Positions 9,102-18,986 are shown, counted from the first letter of the stretch. The stretch is 45,784 nucleotides of DNA from Desulfobacteria bacterium (GCA_041547605.1 JBFEUB010000002.1:1-45784); one strand, 5' to 3'. Numbers and translations: made by a program. Notes: a model not told the origin generated them from the letters alone.

Positions 9102-10423
9102 ACAATCGCTCCTCTCAGGTCATATTCGGAGGCCTCAGCGATTCGCACATGGGTGAAAGTTCCGGGTTCGGCGGATCCTTCACAGATATACACAAAACCA
9201 TCAATGTCCGGCGCTTGAAAGTAGGTTCTTCCTTTCAGCAGGGAGTCCGTCCCCTCTGCGGGGCCCTCTACAAGGACCTGGAGAGTTTTGCCAAGGTATT
9301 TCTGGTTGTTTTCCCTGGAAATTTCAGCTTGCCGTGACATAAGCCGATCAAAACGTTCCTGCTTCACTGCATCGGGCACATGGTTTTTCAAGACGTTTGA
9401 TGCAAGGTCTTTTTCATTAGAATAGACAAAAGCACCCAGATGATCAAAGCGGACTCTTTCAACCAGATCGAGCAGGGATTCGAAGTCATGGTCGGACTCC
9501 CCCGGAAAACCAACCATTAATGTGGTGCGCAGGGCAGCGTCAGGTATTGTCCTGCGAATGCCTTCAAAGAGCTCGAATATGGCTGCACTGTTGTTACGCC
9601 TGCCCATCCTTTTTAAGACTGGCTGACTGATGTGCTGGATAGGAACATCAAAATAGGAACAGAGCTCGCCGTGCGAAGCGATTACCTCTATGAGCGATTC
9701 TGTAACATGGTCCGGGTGACCATAGAGGATGCGTACCCACGCCAACCCGGCGATGTGTGTCAGTCTTTCCAAGAGGTGCTCCAGCCCATAACCAAGCCCC
9801 AGGTCCTTGCCATAGGCCGTGGTGTTCTGGGCCACAAGTATGAGTTCCTTAACACCTGACTCCACGAGTAAGGTGGCTTCGGAAAGCACCTGTGCCATAG
9901 GTCGACTTTTGTGGGGGCCTTTCAGTTTTGGAATGATGCAGTACGTACATCGGTTGGAGCACCCCTCGGCAATCTTCAGATAAGCTGTGTGCGGGGCGGT
10001 CGTGTAGAACCTTGGAAGAGATGTATCTTGGATGGGAACTTGACCGGGGTCCGGCAGTAAGATGCGCCTCCCGTTCAATGAGCCCTCAGCTGCTCCAACG
10101 ATTCGTTCAAAGGCCCCCGTTCCGAGGAAGACATCCACCTCCGGCATGGCCTTGGCCAGATCCACGCCGTAACGTTGCGGAAGACAACCCACCACAATAA
10201 GTCTGCGGCCCTCGCATTGTTGTTTCCACGCCCCCATTTCAAGCATGACATCAATTGACTCCCTCACCGCTGGCTCAATGAAGCCGCATGTGTTTATCGC
10301 AACACAGTCTGCTTCTGACTCCCCAGACACAATCGTGTGGCCCGCCTCAAGGAGTCGGCCAAGCATTATTTCGGTGTCCACTAGATTCCTCGGACAACCT
10401 AAACTGATGAAATGTACTTTCAT
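9098..10423 (-). CDS. rimO: ribosomal protein S12 methylthiotransferase
   Basis: The N-terminal UPF0004 region (MKVHFISLGCPRNLVDTE), the radical SAM motif CSNRCTYC and a C-terminal TRAM-like domain are present. The stop overlaps the ispB-like start by 4 nt. Confidence 0.85.
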   Translation of the reverse strand: MKVHFISLGCPRNLVDTEIMLGRLLEAGHTIVSGESEADCVAINTCGFIEPAVRESIDVMLEMGAWKQQCEGRRLIVVGCLPQRYGVDLAKAMPEVDVFLGTGAFERIVGAAEGSLNGRRILLPDPGQVPIQDTSLPRFYTTAPHTAYLKIAEGCSNRCTYCIIPKLKGPHKSRPMAQVLSEATLLVESGVKELILVAQNTTAYGKDLGLGYGLEHLLERLTHIAGLAWVRILYGHPDHVTESLIEVIASHGELCSYFDVPIQHISQPVLKRMGRRNNSAAIFELFEGIRRTIPDAALRTTLMVGFPGESDHDFESLLDLVERVRFDHLGAFVYSNEKDLASNVLKNHVPDAVKQERFDRLMSRQAEISRENNQKYLGKTLQVLVEGPAEGTDSLLKGRTYFQAPDIDGFVYICEGSAEPGTFTHVRIAEASEYDLRGAIV

Positions 10424-10531
10424 GCTTCGTAAATCAGGAACCGGTTAAGCGGCCCGTTGCGGTAACCCTCTCCCGTTGCACCTGACGGGTTGCCATTTAC
10501 CGCTGGTGCCAGGCGAATAGGGAATAACAGG

Positions 10532-10570
10532 CCAAAAATCAAAGAGCAAGGCAATGTTGCTGCCTTGCTC
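10532..10570 (-). terminator. intrinsic terminator downstream of etfA
   Basis: Perfect 10-bp stem GAGCAAGGCA/TGCCTTGCTC with a 7-nt loop, followed on the minus sense by TTTGATTTTT. Confidence 0.7.
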
Positions 10571-10593
10571 CCCATTGCCATTGCCTATTTTTC

Positions 10594-11562
10594 TCAAGAT
10601 TTTAGCTTTTTCAATGCAGCTATGATAGCTGGAACCACCTCAAATAGGTCTCCCACAATACCGTAATCAGCCTTGTTGAAGATTGGTGCTTCTGGATCTT
10701 TGTTAATAGCTACAATATACTTTGAAGCCCCCATCCCAGCCAGGTGCTGGATGGCCCCGGAGATGCCACAAGCAATGTAAAGGTTTGGGGAGACCACCTT
10801 GCCTGTCTGGCCCACCTGATCAGAATGAGGGCGCCACCCTTCGTCTACTGCTGATCTCGACGCTCCCACCGTACCGCCCAGAATGTCGGCCAGTTCCTCA
10901 ACGAGGCTAAAGTCAGGGCCTCCCATCCCGCGGCCGCCTGACACAACGACATCGGCTTCGGTCAGATCTGCCCTTGAGGCGGCCTCCAGTCTCTTTTCTA
11001 CCACCCGCGTGCTGACGGCACCCGGGTTCACTTCAATCCGTTCCACATCCCCTGCCTTTGCTGTCTCCGTGATCTCCATGACGTTGGGACGGATGGCTGA
11101 CATCTGCGGCACACCGTCTATGGCAACCTGGGCAAGGATCTTGCCCCCGTACATAGGTTTGGTGGCAATCAGCTTTTCTTCGTCTATGCCCAACGCGATG
11201 CAATCCATCGCAAGACCAACTCCCAAACGCGCTGCCAGCCGCGCAGACAGGTCTTTCCCTTGACTTGTAGCGCCCAATACCAAGATCCTGGGGTCGCTGT
11301 TCTTGGCAATGTCGAAAAGCACATTGGTGTAAGCATCTGTGGTGTAGTCCTCCAGAGCCGAATCATCCCCCACCAGAATCTTGTCTGCCCCATATTTCCC
11401 GAGTTCTCCGGCCATGCCGTCTACACCATGGCCGAGTACGATTGCCGTAACCGTTTCCCCAAGAGTGTCGGCCAGCCGCCTTCCTTCGCTTACGGCTTCA
11501 AAGGCAACCTTCCGAAAAGTTGCGTCAACCTGTTCTGCAAACACCAAAACGCCGTGTGCCAT
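10594..11562 (-). CDS. etfA: electron transfer flavoprotein alpha subunit
   Basis: 322 aa. The C-terminal FAD-binding signature is present (VVSGGRGMG...VGASR...[27 protein letters not shown]). Confidence 0.9.
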   Translation of the reverse strand: MAHGVLVFAEQVDATFRKVAFEAVSEGRRLADTLGETVTAIVLGHGVDGMAGELGKYGADKILVGDDSALEDYTTDAYTNVLFDIAKNSDPRILVLGATSQGKDLSARLAARLGVGLAMDCIALGIDEEKLIATKPMYGGKILAQVAIDGVPQMSAIRPNVMEITETAKAGDVERIEVNPGAVSTRVVEKRLEAASRADLTEADVVVSGGRGMGGPDFSLVEELADILGGTVGASRSAVDEGWRPHSDQVGQTGKVVSPNLYIACGISGAIQHLAGMGASKYIVAINKDPEAPIFNKADYGIVGDLFEVVPAIIAALKKLKS

Positions 11563-11585
11563 AATCTTTTCTCCTCTTTATCGTC

Positions 11586-11657
11586 ATTGAAGCTCCCTGC
11601 AGCCCCGATGAACCGGGATTTATCGGGACTGAGAATGCGCTCGCTGTTCCCGTTGAA
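11586..11657 (+). repeat. MITE/REP-like dispersed repeat, short form (copy 3)
   Basis: Reads ATTGAAGCTCCCTGCAG, then a CCCGAT...ATCGGG core, then GAATGCGCTCGCTGTTCCCGTTGAA. It lies in the etfB-etfA spacer. Confidence 0.8.
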
Positions 11658-11748
11658 GATATGGTTATTCGTTGTAAACCAATGTTGCGCTGATCATGGA
11701 ATGTAGGCGTCCTGGAGTATTGGGGCATACATCAGAAGAGCGCAGGGT

Positions 11749-12537
11749 TCAAATCACTTTAGCCTCTTCAGCAAGCAATCTCACCAGTTCGGTCGCCTTG
11801 GCTTCAACTGTTTCCCCCTCGATGATCCTTCCGGGGGACCTTTCTGGTGGGAAGGCCAGGTTCGTGACGCGGCATTTTGTGTGCCCTGCTCCTACGTCGC
11901 TCGGGTCTACCCCAAGATCACTCAACGTCTTGCTGGCCAAAGGCTTCTTTTTTGCCTTCATAATGCCTGGCAATGAGGCATATCGTGGTTCATTGATACC
12001 TCTTTGTGTGGTAAAAAGGGCAGGCAGGTCAGCCTCGACCACCACAATGCCTCCCTCAACGGTGCGCTCACACCTGATCTTGCCGTCCTTGATTTCTTGC
12101 TTAATGACCATGGAAACCTGGGCGATCCCAAGAAGTTCTGCAACGGCCGCGGGGACCTGGTAGCCATCCACATCTACAGCCCTTTGACCAGCTATAATAA
12201 CATCGTAGTCCATCTGTTTTAAGGCTGCAGCCAGCACCTTAGCCGTACCGAGCGCATCGCTGCCTTGGGTGGCTGGGTCGTCGATCAACACGCCCTCTTC
12301 TGCCCCCATGGCCAACGCCGTCCGGATAGACTGGACGGCTCGTTCGGGTCCCACAGAAAGGATGGTTACCTTTCCACCATGCTTTTCCTTGATCCGGAGC
12401 CCTTCTTCAACAGCGAATTCGTCATACGGATTAATGACCCATTTAACATCTTTTGTCGTGATGGAGGCTTTGTCTTCAGAAATTTGGATCAAAGTCTCAG
12501 TATCAGGCACTTGTTTCAGTAAGACGACAACATCCAC
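11749..12537 (-). CDS. etfB: electron transfer flavoprotein beta subunit
   Basis: 262 aa. The N-terminus is typical of EtfB (VVLLKQVPDTE...INPYDEFAVEEGLRIKE). Confidence 0.9.
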   Translation of the reverse strand: MDVVVLLKQVPDTETLIQISEDKASITTKDVKWVINPYDEFAVEEGLRIKEKHGGKVTILSVGPERAVQSIRTALAMGAEEGVLIDDPATQGSDALGTAKVLAAALKQMDYDVIIAGQRAVDVDGYQVPAAVAELLGIAQVSMVIKQEIKDGKIRCERTVEGGIVVVEADLPALFTTQRGINEPRYASLPGIMKAKKKPLASKTLSDLGVDPSDVGAGHTKCRVTNLAFPPERSPGRIIEGETVEAKATELVRLLAEEAKVI

Positions 12538-12746
12538 CTTGTAACTCCTTTCCTGTTCACCGGTTCGGTCAGTTTATCTTATCCGGATTCGTCAATGCTC
12601 GACTGTCATACCGGGCTTGATGTGCGGTTGTCGTTGGGTGATCTATCACAGGATGCATCCTGTTTTTGTTTCACGCACGTAACACAGAAAACATAGAGGA
12701 GTCAAGATCATCGGCATCAACTACATCTCATCGGGAGCTATCGGGC

Positions 12747-13589
12747 TTATGACTTAAAATCACTTGGCTTCACACGACAATACACAACATCCCCTGCCAC
12801 AATACTGTGAAGGGAGTCGGTTTTGTCGCGAATCAGGAGGGTGCCATCTGGGCCCAATGCTTCGGCTACACCCATGAGTCTTTTTTCCGGGAGGAATACC
12901 TCAACCTCCCTTCCCAGGGTGGCGTCAAATTTGCACCACGTCTCAAGGATGGTTGTAAAGAGCCCCGTTTGAAACGACTCGTACCATTGTTCCATCTGCT
13001 GCAGTAGCGATTGAATGAGATGAATCCGTGAGAGTGGTTCGCCAAGGCCGAGTCTAAGAGATATGGCCAGGTTTCGGATAGAGATGGGGAGCTCATTACG
13101 TTCCATATTCACGTTTACCCCGATGCCAAGGACAGCGAAGTTGATTCGTTTCCTGTCAAATACGGCTTCCGTTAAGATACCCCCCACCTTCCGATCAGCA
13201 ATCAGGATGTCGTTTGGCCATTTGAGCTGAGGCATTAGTCCAGTTTGCCGGATAGCAGAAGCTACAGCAATGCCAGTGGTTAATGTAAGCTTGGGAAGCC
13301 AGTCCGCAGGGCAGTCAGGCCTCAGTATGATGGAAAGATATAGTCCGGTCCCCGGAGGAGAGACCCAGGAGCGCCCCAGACGCCCACGACCCTTGGTTTG
13401 CGCGTCAGCAACTATCAATGTTCCTTCCGGAGCCCCTTCTCGAGCCAGTCGCTTCGCCTCGGTGTTGGTCGATCCGACCACGTCAAAGTAATGGATGACG
13501 TGCTGGCCGAGCCATCGGGTCGTAAGGCTTTTCTCGATGATGTCCACAGAGAGCTTTTCTCTCGATGTTTGATCAAAAGATGTATTCAT
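12747..13589 (-). CDS. birA: biotin--[acetyl-CoA-carboxylase] ligase (no N-terminal HTH)
   Basis: Carries the biotin-ligase motif KGRGRLGRSWVSPPG. 280 aa. Confidence 0.85.
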   Translation of the reverse strand: MNTSFDQTSREKLSVDIIEKSLTTRWLGQHVIHYFDVVGSTNTEAKRLAREGAPEGTLIVADAQTKGRGRLGRSWVSPPGTGLYLSIILRPDCPADWLPKLTLTTGIAVASAIRQTGLMPQLKWPNDILIADRKVGGILTEAVFDRKRINFAVLGIGVNVNMERNELPISIRNLAISLRLGLGEPLSRIHLIQSLLQQMEQWYESFQTGLFTTILETWCKFDATLGREVEVFLPEKRLMGVAEALGPDGTLLIRDKTDSLHSIVAGDVVYCRVKPSDFKS

Positions 13590-13690
13590 GACCTCTCAGT
13601 GCCTTGTGCAGCCTGTTTCGTCATCCATTTCCTATAAGGGCATAACACCCGACATGGGAAGCGGGCAAACCGAAAAAAGTTCAAGTTTCC

Positions 13691-13780
13691 GGCAGCGAGA
13701 CTTCGACGCGCTGAGTCGAGCCGTTGCGAGGAATCCGCTATCTGTTACCGTTCAACAGGGCTAATTGCAGGGAGCTTCAC
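13691..13780 (-). repeat. degenerate or partial copy of the MITE/REP-like repeat
   Basis: Only TGCAGGGAGCTTCA (13766-13779) and GCAGCGAG match well. The interior is scrambled. Confidence 0.35.
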
Positions 13781-13974
13781 CTTTGGATCTCTTTGCCGCA
13801 GGGTTTCGCCCACCAGCTTAAGAAGCAGCATTTCGTGTGGAATTTGCGCCTTGAGAACCGTGTTACATTGGCATTTCGAATAGGTTCAATAGTAAACGTA
13901 TAACCGCGAGCGAAGCGACGAAACCGAGGACCTTTTTGCCTCACCCTCAGAAGGGTTAGAAGACGGTTATTTCC

Positions 13975-14002
13975 TTGACATTGTAAGGCACCAAGTTATA
14001 TT
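13975..14002 (+). promoter_or_regulatory. candidate sigma-70 promoter for the DnaJ-like gene
   Basis: TTGACA (13975-13980), a 16-nt spacer, then TATATT (13997-14002). It lies about 60 nt upstream of the ATG at 14063. Confidence 0.4.
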
Positions 14003-14062
14003 TACCACAGATATCATAACTTATCAGGCAGTTCCAGGCTTCTGTATAAAGAGGATTACTAG

Positions 14063-14995
14063 ATGTCCGACACCGATTACTACAAGATTCTGGGTGTTGA
14101 TAAGAAAGCCGACGACGGTGAGATCAAGAAGGCCTACCGCAAGCTCGCCATGAAATACCATCCTGATCGCACTAAAGGGGATAAGTCTGCAGAGGAAATG
14201 TTCAAGAAGGTCAGCGAGGCCTATGCTGTGTTAAGTGACAAAGAGAAACGGAAGCAGTATGATACGTTTGGTGCTTCCGGTTTCCGGCAGCGTTACTCCC
14301 AAGAGGACATATTCCGGGGCTTCAACTTCGGCGATATCTTCAAGGAGTTTGGTTTCGATAACGGTAGCTTTGCAAATGTATTTATGGGCGGTGGCGGTGC
14401 TGGTCGAAGATTCGGATTTAGTTTTGGGGGAGATCCCTTTGGAACCTATACTGCGGGCCAAAGGGCTCAAGTCAAAGGATCGGACTTGGTGTATGAAATG
14501 CCGCTAACCCTCCAAGATGTGCTACAGGGCACCACCAAGACGATAGCACTGGAGGAAGGGGGCCAGCGGAAAAAGATCAATGTTAAGCTCCCGAAGGGGA
14601 TGGTGAGCGGGAAAAAGCTTCGGTTGGCTGGGAAGGGGCAGCCTGGGCCACTTGGCGGGCCGCCCGGAGACCTTTACATTCAGGCCAAGGTGCTTGATGA
14701 TCCCGTCTTCAGTGTGGTCGGGCATCACGTTTATATTGATAGAGAAGTCAAATTGACTGCAGCTCTCTTGGGGACACAAATCCAGATTCCAACGATAGAT
14801 GGTAAGCACTTGAACCTGAAAATACCTCCCGGGACACAGCATCAAGCGAAATTTCGCATGAAGGGATACGGCCTTCCTGAAATGAAAACGGGCCAAAGGG
14901 GAGATCTATATGCGCGCATCCTGGTCAAGATCCCTAAACGCTTGACGAAGAAACAGAAGAACCTCATTCAGGACCTCTCAGAGGCTGGCGTCTAG
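14063..14995 (+). CDS. cbpA: J-domain co-chaperone, CbpA-like (DnaJ without zinc finger)
   Basis: Has a J domain with HPD (YYKILGV...KYHPDR), a G/F-rich region and DnaJ C-terminal domains. No CxxCxGxG repeats are present. Confidence 0.8.
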   Translation: MSDTDYYKILGVDKKADDGEIKKAYRKLAMKYHPDRTKGDKSAEEMFKKVSEAYAVLSDKEKRKQYDTFGASGFRQRYSQEDIFRGFNFGDIFKEFGFDNGSFANVFMGGGGAGRRFGFSFGGDPFGTYTAGQRAQVKGSDLVYEMPLTLQDVLQGTTKTIALEEGGQRKKINVKLPKGMVSGKKLRLAGKGQPGPLGGPPGDLYIQAKVLDDPVFSVVGHHVYIDREVKLTAALLGTQIQIPTIDGKHLNLKIPPGTQHQAKFRMKGYGLPEMKTGQRGDLYARILVKIPKRLTKKQKNLIQDLSEAGV

Positions 14996-15004
14996 GTTTA
15001 ATCA

Positions 15005-15526
15005 ATGCCGGAAGAATTAGTCCCCGTAATGTCCAGGGATGAAATCGCACAAAAGGTCAAAAGCCTTGCACGAGAGATATCAGAGGACTATACTGGAAAA
15101 GATCTTTGCATCATCGGCGTCCTAAACGGGGTTTTTGTTTTCTTGGCTGACCTCGTGCGAGAACTAACTGTTTCGGTCCAGATTGATTTTGTGCGTCTGG
15201 CCAGTTATGGCTCTGGAACGGTATCTTCTGGAAACATCCAGACCACGAAGGAGATCGAACTCGACTTGAAGGATCGGGATGTCCTTGTCGTTGAAGACAT
15301 TGTCGACTCTGGTCTGACCGTTGACTTCTTGCTGAAGTATCTGAAGCAATTCCATCCAAAATCCATCAAGGTGTGTGCCTTTATCGACAAAATTGAACGT
15401 CGTCAGGTGCAAGTACCCATAGACTATGTCGGGCATGTGGTTGAGGGTGGATTCTTAGTGGGATACGGTCTTGACTTTGATCAAAAATATCGGGGGTTAC
15501 CGGAAATCTACCGTCTAAAACCGTAA
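15005..15526 (+). CDS. hpt: hypoxanthine phosphoribosyltransferase
   Basis: 173 aa with the PRPP-binding motif VLVVEDIVDSGLT. Confidence 0.85.
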   Translation: MPEELVPVMSRDEIAQKVKSLAREISEDYTGKDLCIIGVLNGVFVFLADLVRELTVSVQIDFVRLASYGSGTVSSGNIQTTKEIELDLKDRDVLVVEDIVDSGLTVDFLLKYLKQFHPKSIKVCAFIDKIERRQVQVPIDYVGHVVEGGFLVGYGLDFDQKYRGLPEIYRLKP

Positions 15527-15542
15527 ACGAAAGGGGCCTGCC

Positions 15543-16766
15543 ATGATCGTAACCTGTGAAAAATGCAATACTGCCTTCGACCTTGACGAGGAGCTGATCC
15601 AGGAATCAGGCTCTGAGGTCAAATGTTCCGAGTGCGAAAACGTATTTACCGTGCATAAGTCCACCCCAGTTGAAGAGTCTGAACCTTCGTTGGAACTGGA
15701 AGAAGATGCTGTCGAAATCTCAGCGACCGAAGAACCGGCTGAAGAAGAATTTGATTTCGAAGCACTAGGCCTTGAAGAGAAACCTGAGGTTGAAGCACCT
15801 ACGGAGACAGAAGAAGAAACGGTTGCAGAAGAGACCCCCGAGTCTGAGGAGGAAGCCCCTTCAGAAGAACTTGACCTCGAAGCAATCAGCCGTGCTGTAG
15901 AGGAGGCCGCTGAAGAACCTGAGCCGGTTTCAGAAGAAGCCTCTGGGGAAGAAGTTCTTGATTTTGACCTCCTGGAGGCTGAAGAACCAGCTGCTGAGAA
16001 ACCGGCTGAAGAAGCCATGGAGTTTGAAGAGCTCAGCGTTGACGAAGAGCCTGGTGCTGAAGAACCCGCCGTGGTTGACGAAGTGCCTGCTGTTGAGGAG
16101 GCACCTGAGCCGGTGTGGGAAGAAGAAATGGTTGAGGAAGCTGAGGCCGAGGAAGAGACCGAGGTGGGGCTAGTCGAGGAAGAACCCATGCCCCCTCCGG
16201 TGGCCGAGCAAGCGCCACCAGAAAAAAAGCGCCTAAGCGCGTCGGTCATGATTCTTTTAGTATTCGGCCTTCTGGCTGGAGGGGCTTTTGGCGCCTACGT
16301 TCTTCTAAAGGAAAAGGTTCCGTTTCTCCAATCTCTCACGGGTGTGCCGCAGCCCGAGGCCATTGATCCTGGCAACCTCCACATAACTATTATGGACGAG
16401 CAAATCACGACTGAATTTCTTGAAAACAGCAAGGCCGGTCGTGTGTTTGTCATAAGAGGAATGGTCAGGAACGACTATCCTGAATCCCGGAACTTCATCA
16501 GAGTAAAAGGAATTCTCTATTCACAGGATGGAAAGGCTATTGCCGAGAAGCTTTCCTACTGTGGCAATATCTTGTCCGATAAAGGGCTACAAACTCTACA
16601 CATGGCTACCATGGACGGTAAGTTTCAGAACAGAATGGGCGATGACAGGTCTAACTTCGAGATCCCGGCGGGCAAAATAGTTCCTTTTATGGTTCTATTT
16701 TCTGATCTGGCTCCGGATTTTGCAGAATACAGCGTTCAAGTGGTGGGTTCTGCTCAGGCAAAATAA
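15543..16766 (+). CDS. zinc-ribbon (MJ0042-type) / acidic linker / TM / DUF3426-like protein
   Basis: The N-terminus has CEKC...CSEC, followed by about 190 aa of E/P/A-rich low complexity, one TM helix (VMILLVFGLLAGGAFGAYVLL) and a C-terminal beta-rich domain. Confidence 0.6.
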   Translation: MIVTCEKCNTAFDLDEELIQESGSEVKCSECENVFTVHKSTPVEESEPSLELEEDAVEISATEEPAEEEFDFEALGLEEKPEVEAPTETEEETVAEETPESEEEAPSEELDLEAISRAVEEAAEEPEPVSEEASGEEVLDFDLLEAEEPAAEKPAEEAMEFEELSVDEEPGAEEPAVVDEVPAVEEAPEPVWEEEMVEEAEAEEETEVGLVEEEPMPPPVAEQAPPEKKRLSASVMILLVFGLLAGGAFGAYVLLKEKVPFLQSLTGVPQPEAIDPGNLHITIMDEQITTEFLENSKAGRVFVIRGMVRNDYPESRNFIRVKGILYSQDGKAIAEKLSYCGNILSDKGLQTLHMATMDGKFQNRMGDDRSNFEIPAGKIVPFMVLFSDLAPDFAEYSVQVVGSAQAK

Positions 16767-17082
16767 AATCGAGAAAGATTGAACCCTGAAAGCGATCGCA
16801 TTGCCGGCCCCGATCGATAGGGACGCGAGGGCGTTTCAACTCCGCGTAACCGACCTCTGCAGGAGGCGTGAAGCCTCCCCGCCCCAAAGGACGGAGGTTC
16901 TGCCGTGCGGCAGCACTGCGTGTCCGGGGAGCAAGCCGGTCAAGAAGGCAAGCCGTATCGTTAGTGCTTTGCAGTGCAATAGCTGAAGGCCCCGTCTATA
17001 TATCCAGTCCCCGTCAAACGCATCACCCTGATACGCTATTACTTATTCGAATTGGGACGCCCCCCCCAACCCTTCTTGTCAA

Positions 17083-17163
17083 TGAAGTGCAACCGCGAGC
17101 GCATTCCCTGTCCCGATTTATCGTGACCCATCTGGATTTATCGGAACTGCAGGGAGCTTCAAT
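17083..17163 (-). repeat. MITE/REP-like dispersed repeat, short form (copy 5)
   Basis: Reads TGAAGTGCAACCGCGAGCGCATTCCCTG, then a core carrying GATTTATCG twice, then CTGCAGGGAGCTTCAAT. Confidence 0.8.
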
Positions 17164-17242
17164 TTCATAGCGGGTTCGACGGTGAAAAATGTATTGAATT
17201 TTACGAAGCATCCCTATATTCTCGCGTAAATGGAGGTAGATC

Positions 17243-18256
17243 TTGGACCGAACCACCTACCTTGTCATCGGTATCCTGGTTTTTGTCTTCATGCTCCTGG
17301 GTGGCGCTATCGGATACATGACCATAGAGGGCTGGCCATTCGGAGATTCCCTCTACATGACCGTTATTACCTTGAGCACCGTCGGATACGGTGAGGTTCA
17401 AAGACTTTCCCCGGCTGGCCGCACCTTTACCATGGCCCTCATTGCCGTGGGGGTCGCTTTTGTGTTTTATCTTGGAGGAAGCATCATCCGCTTCATGGTG
17501 GAGGGTCGCATCAGAGAAATATTGGGGAGGCGTAAATTGGAAAAGAAGATCAGTGCTCAGAGAGATCATTACATTGTTTGTGGCTATGGGCGTGTGGGTA
17601 GCGCGGTGTGCGATACCCTTCTCTCGAGCAACATGGATATTGTTGTGATAGAGCGCGACGAGGTGAGGGTTTCCAAATTGGATGAGCAAAACATTCTGCA
17701 CATTGCAGGTGAAGCCACGGAAGAAGAGAATCTGATCAGAGCGGGAATTGAACGCGCTCGAGGATTAGTCGCTGCGTTGAAGACGGACAGCGACAACGTG
17801 TACGTGACGCTGAGTGCCAGGCAGCTTAATCGTGAACTGTTTATTCTGGCCCGGGCAGGAGAAGAGCAGGCCGAAAGGAAGATGCTCGCAGCCGGTGCCA
17901 GCAAGGTCGTTTGTCCATATCGGATGGGAGCTCACCGAATGGCCCAAACCATTCTAAGTCCCACGGTTACTGACTTTCTCGAGCTGACCGTGATGGATAC
18001 CAGCCGCGACATTCACATGGAGGAAATGCCTGTTGATCGTTCGTCAAAGCTGACTGATGTTGCTTTACAGGACTCTGGAATTCGTCAAGAACTCGATCTG
18101 ATTATTGTGGCAGTGAAAAAAGCCGCTGGAGATATGCTGTTCAACCCTTCCTCGCAAACAAAACTTCAGGCGGGCGACACAATTATCAGCATTGGGGAAA
18201 CGGAGAACTTAGAGCGACTCAGACGACTGCTGAATCCACACAAGCTAATACCCTGA
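17243..18256 (+). CDS. potassium channel with RCK/TrkA-N and TrkA-C domains (MthK-like)
   Basis: Has the selectivity filter TVGYGE and a Rossmann-like segment (HYIVCGYGRVG). The TTG start at 17243 is preceded by GGAGG and is needed to include TM1. Confidence 0.8.
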   Translation: MDRTTYLVIGILVFVFMLLGGAIGYMTIEGWPFGDSLYMTVITLSTVGYGEVQRLSPAGRTFTMALIAVGVAFVFYLGGSIIRFMVEGRIREILGRRKLEKKISAQRDHYIVCGYGRVGSAVCDTLLSSNMDIVVIERDEVRVSKLDEQNILHIAGEATEEENLIRAGIERARGLVAALKTDSDNVYVTLSARQLNRELFILARAGEEQAERKMLAAGASKVVCPYRMGAHRMAQTILSPTVTDFLELTVMDTSRDIHMEEMPVDRSSKLTDVALQDSGIRQELDLIIVAVKKAAGDMLFNPSSQTKLQAGDTIISIGETENLERLRRLLNPHKLIP

Positions 18257-18398
18257 TTTACTTGACGAGAAACGGGACCCTCCGAGCCATTTGGGACACA
18301 GAAAACCGCCTATTGTGTGCCCGCAATACCTTTCACCCAAGGCCTTGACGGCTCGCCTTGAAGGGCAAACAGGCAGTTGTTTAGGAAACACCCTACGA

Positions 18399-18986
18399 TC
18401 AGATCTTATATATAATGCGCTTTTCTGTGATGATGATGTCCGTATACCGGTCGTGGGGTTCCATGGGGATCTGGGGGACTATTTGACATTCAAAGGCGAG
18501 GGCTACTTTTCTTGTCGTGATATCAAGCTGGGGTATGAGCCTGTCATAGAAGCCCGTGCCGTAGCCAATACGGCCACCTCGTTCGTCAAAGGCTATGCCC
18601 GGGATGATAGCCAGATTGATATGTTTCACGGGAACCTGCTTGCATCGCTGGCGGATTGGTTCACGGATTCCCTGATAACCGGGTCCGGTGTCTCTATCGA
18701 GGTTGTCAACCTTGAAAGGTACGATTTTTCTTTTTTCTACATCAATTAGAGGCAGCACGATAATCTTCTCGAGGGCTAATGCCCTGTGGATCATGGGTAC
18801 AGTATCTACCTCGCTCTTGTAGCTTACGTAAAAGAGAACTATCCTGGATTCCAGAAAGTTGGCAAATTCCAACAACCGGCCCATGATAGCCCGACTTTTC
18901 TCAGCGTGTTGTTTCTTGGAGAGGGCATCGCGCCGAGCCAAGGTACTTCGTCTAATTTCGGACTTTTTTGCTTTTACGTCTTCCAT
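18399..18986 (-). CDS. 5-formyltetrahydrofolate cyclo-ligase
   Basis: 195 aa. The MTHFS-like pattern is present (KSEIRRSTLARRDAL...GYGTGFYDR). Confidence 0.75.
   Translation of the reverse strand: MEDVKAKKSEIRRSTLARRDALSKKQHAEKSRAIMGRLLEFANFLESRIVLFYVSYKSEVDTVPMIHRALALEKIIVLPLIDVEKRKIVPFKVDNLDRDTGPGYQGIREPIRQRCKQVPVKHINLAIIPGIAFDERGGRIGYGTGFYDRLIPQLDITTRKVALAFECQIVPQIPMEPHDRYTDIIITEKRIIYKI

Noticed and set aside
10455-10520. A minus-strand TGGCAC-CAGCG-GTAAA upstream of rimO, considered as a sigma-54 promoter.
   Set aside because: The -12 TTGC element is absent (GTAA instead), so this is probably a chance TGGCAC.
12648-12670. The hairpin ACAGGATGCATCCTGT followed by TTTTTGTTT, considered as a terminator.
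   Set aside because: The T-tract is on the plus strand, where no upstream plus-strand gene exists. On the minus strand (birA/etfB) there is no T-tract. The effective loop is also very small.
15515-16249. A 244-aa Ser-rich ORF antisense to the acidic zinc-ribbon protein, plus other-frame ORFs at 15958..16173 and 16033..16218.
   Set aside because: These are low-complexity mirror products of the GAA/GAG-rich coding tract. The sense ORF has clear domain architecture.
16795-16990. Assigning the GC-rich structured island to RNase P, SRP/4.5S, tmRNA, a GEMM/c-di-GMP, Moco, cobalamin or ydaO riboswitch.
   Set aside because: Only short, partial resemblances were seen, for example CCGGGGAGCAAGCC versus the RNase P segment CCCGGAGCAAGGCC. 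The diagnostic conserved boxes of each class are missing, so it is left as unclassified in the findings.
17201-17701. Long antisense ORFs opposite well-supported genes: 17201..17701, 18291..18749, 19622..20059, 20242..20946, 21199..22005, 22299..22856, 38114..38620, 43119..43739 and 11696..12163.
   Set aside because: Each overlaps a gene with clear family motifs on the other strand. They show no recognisable domains and have odd composition.
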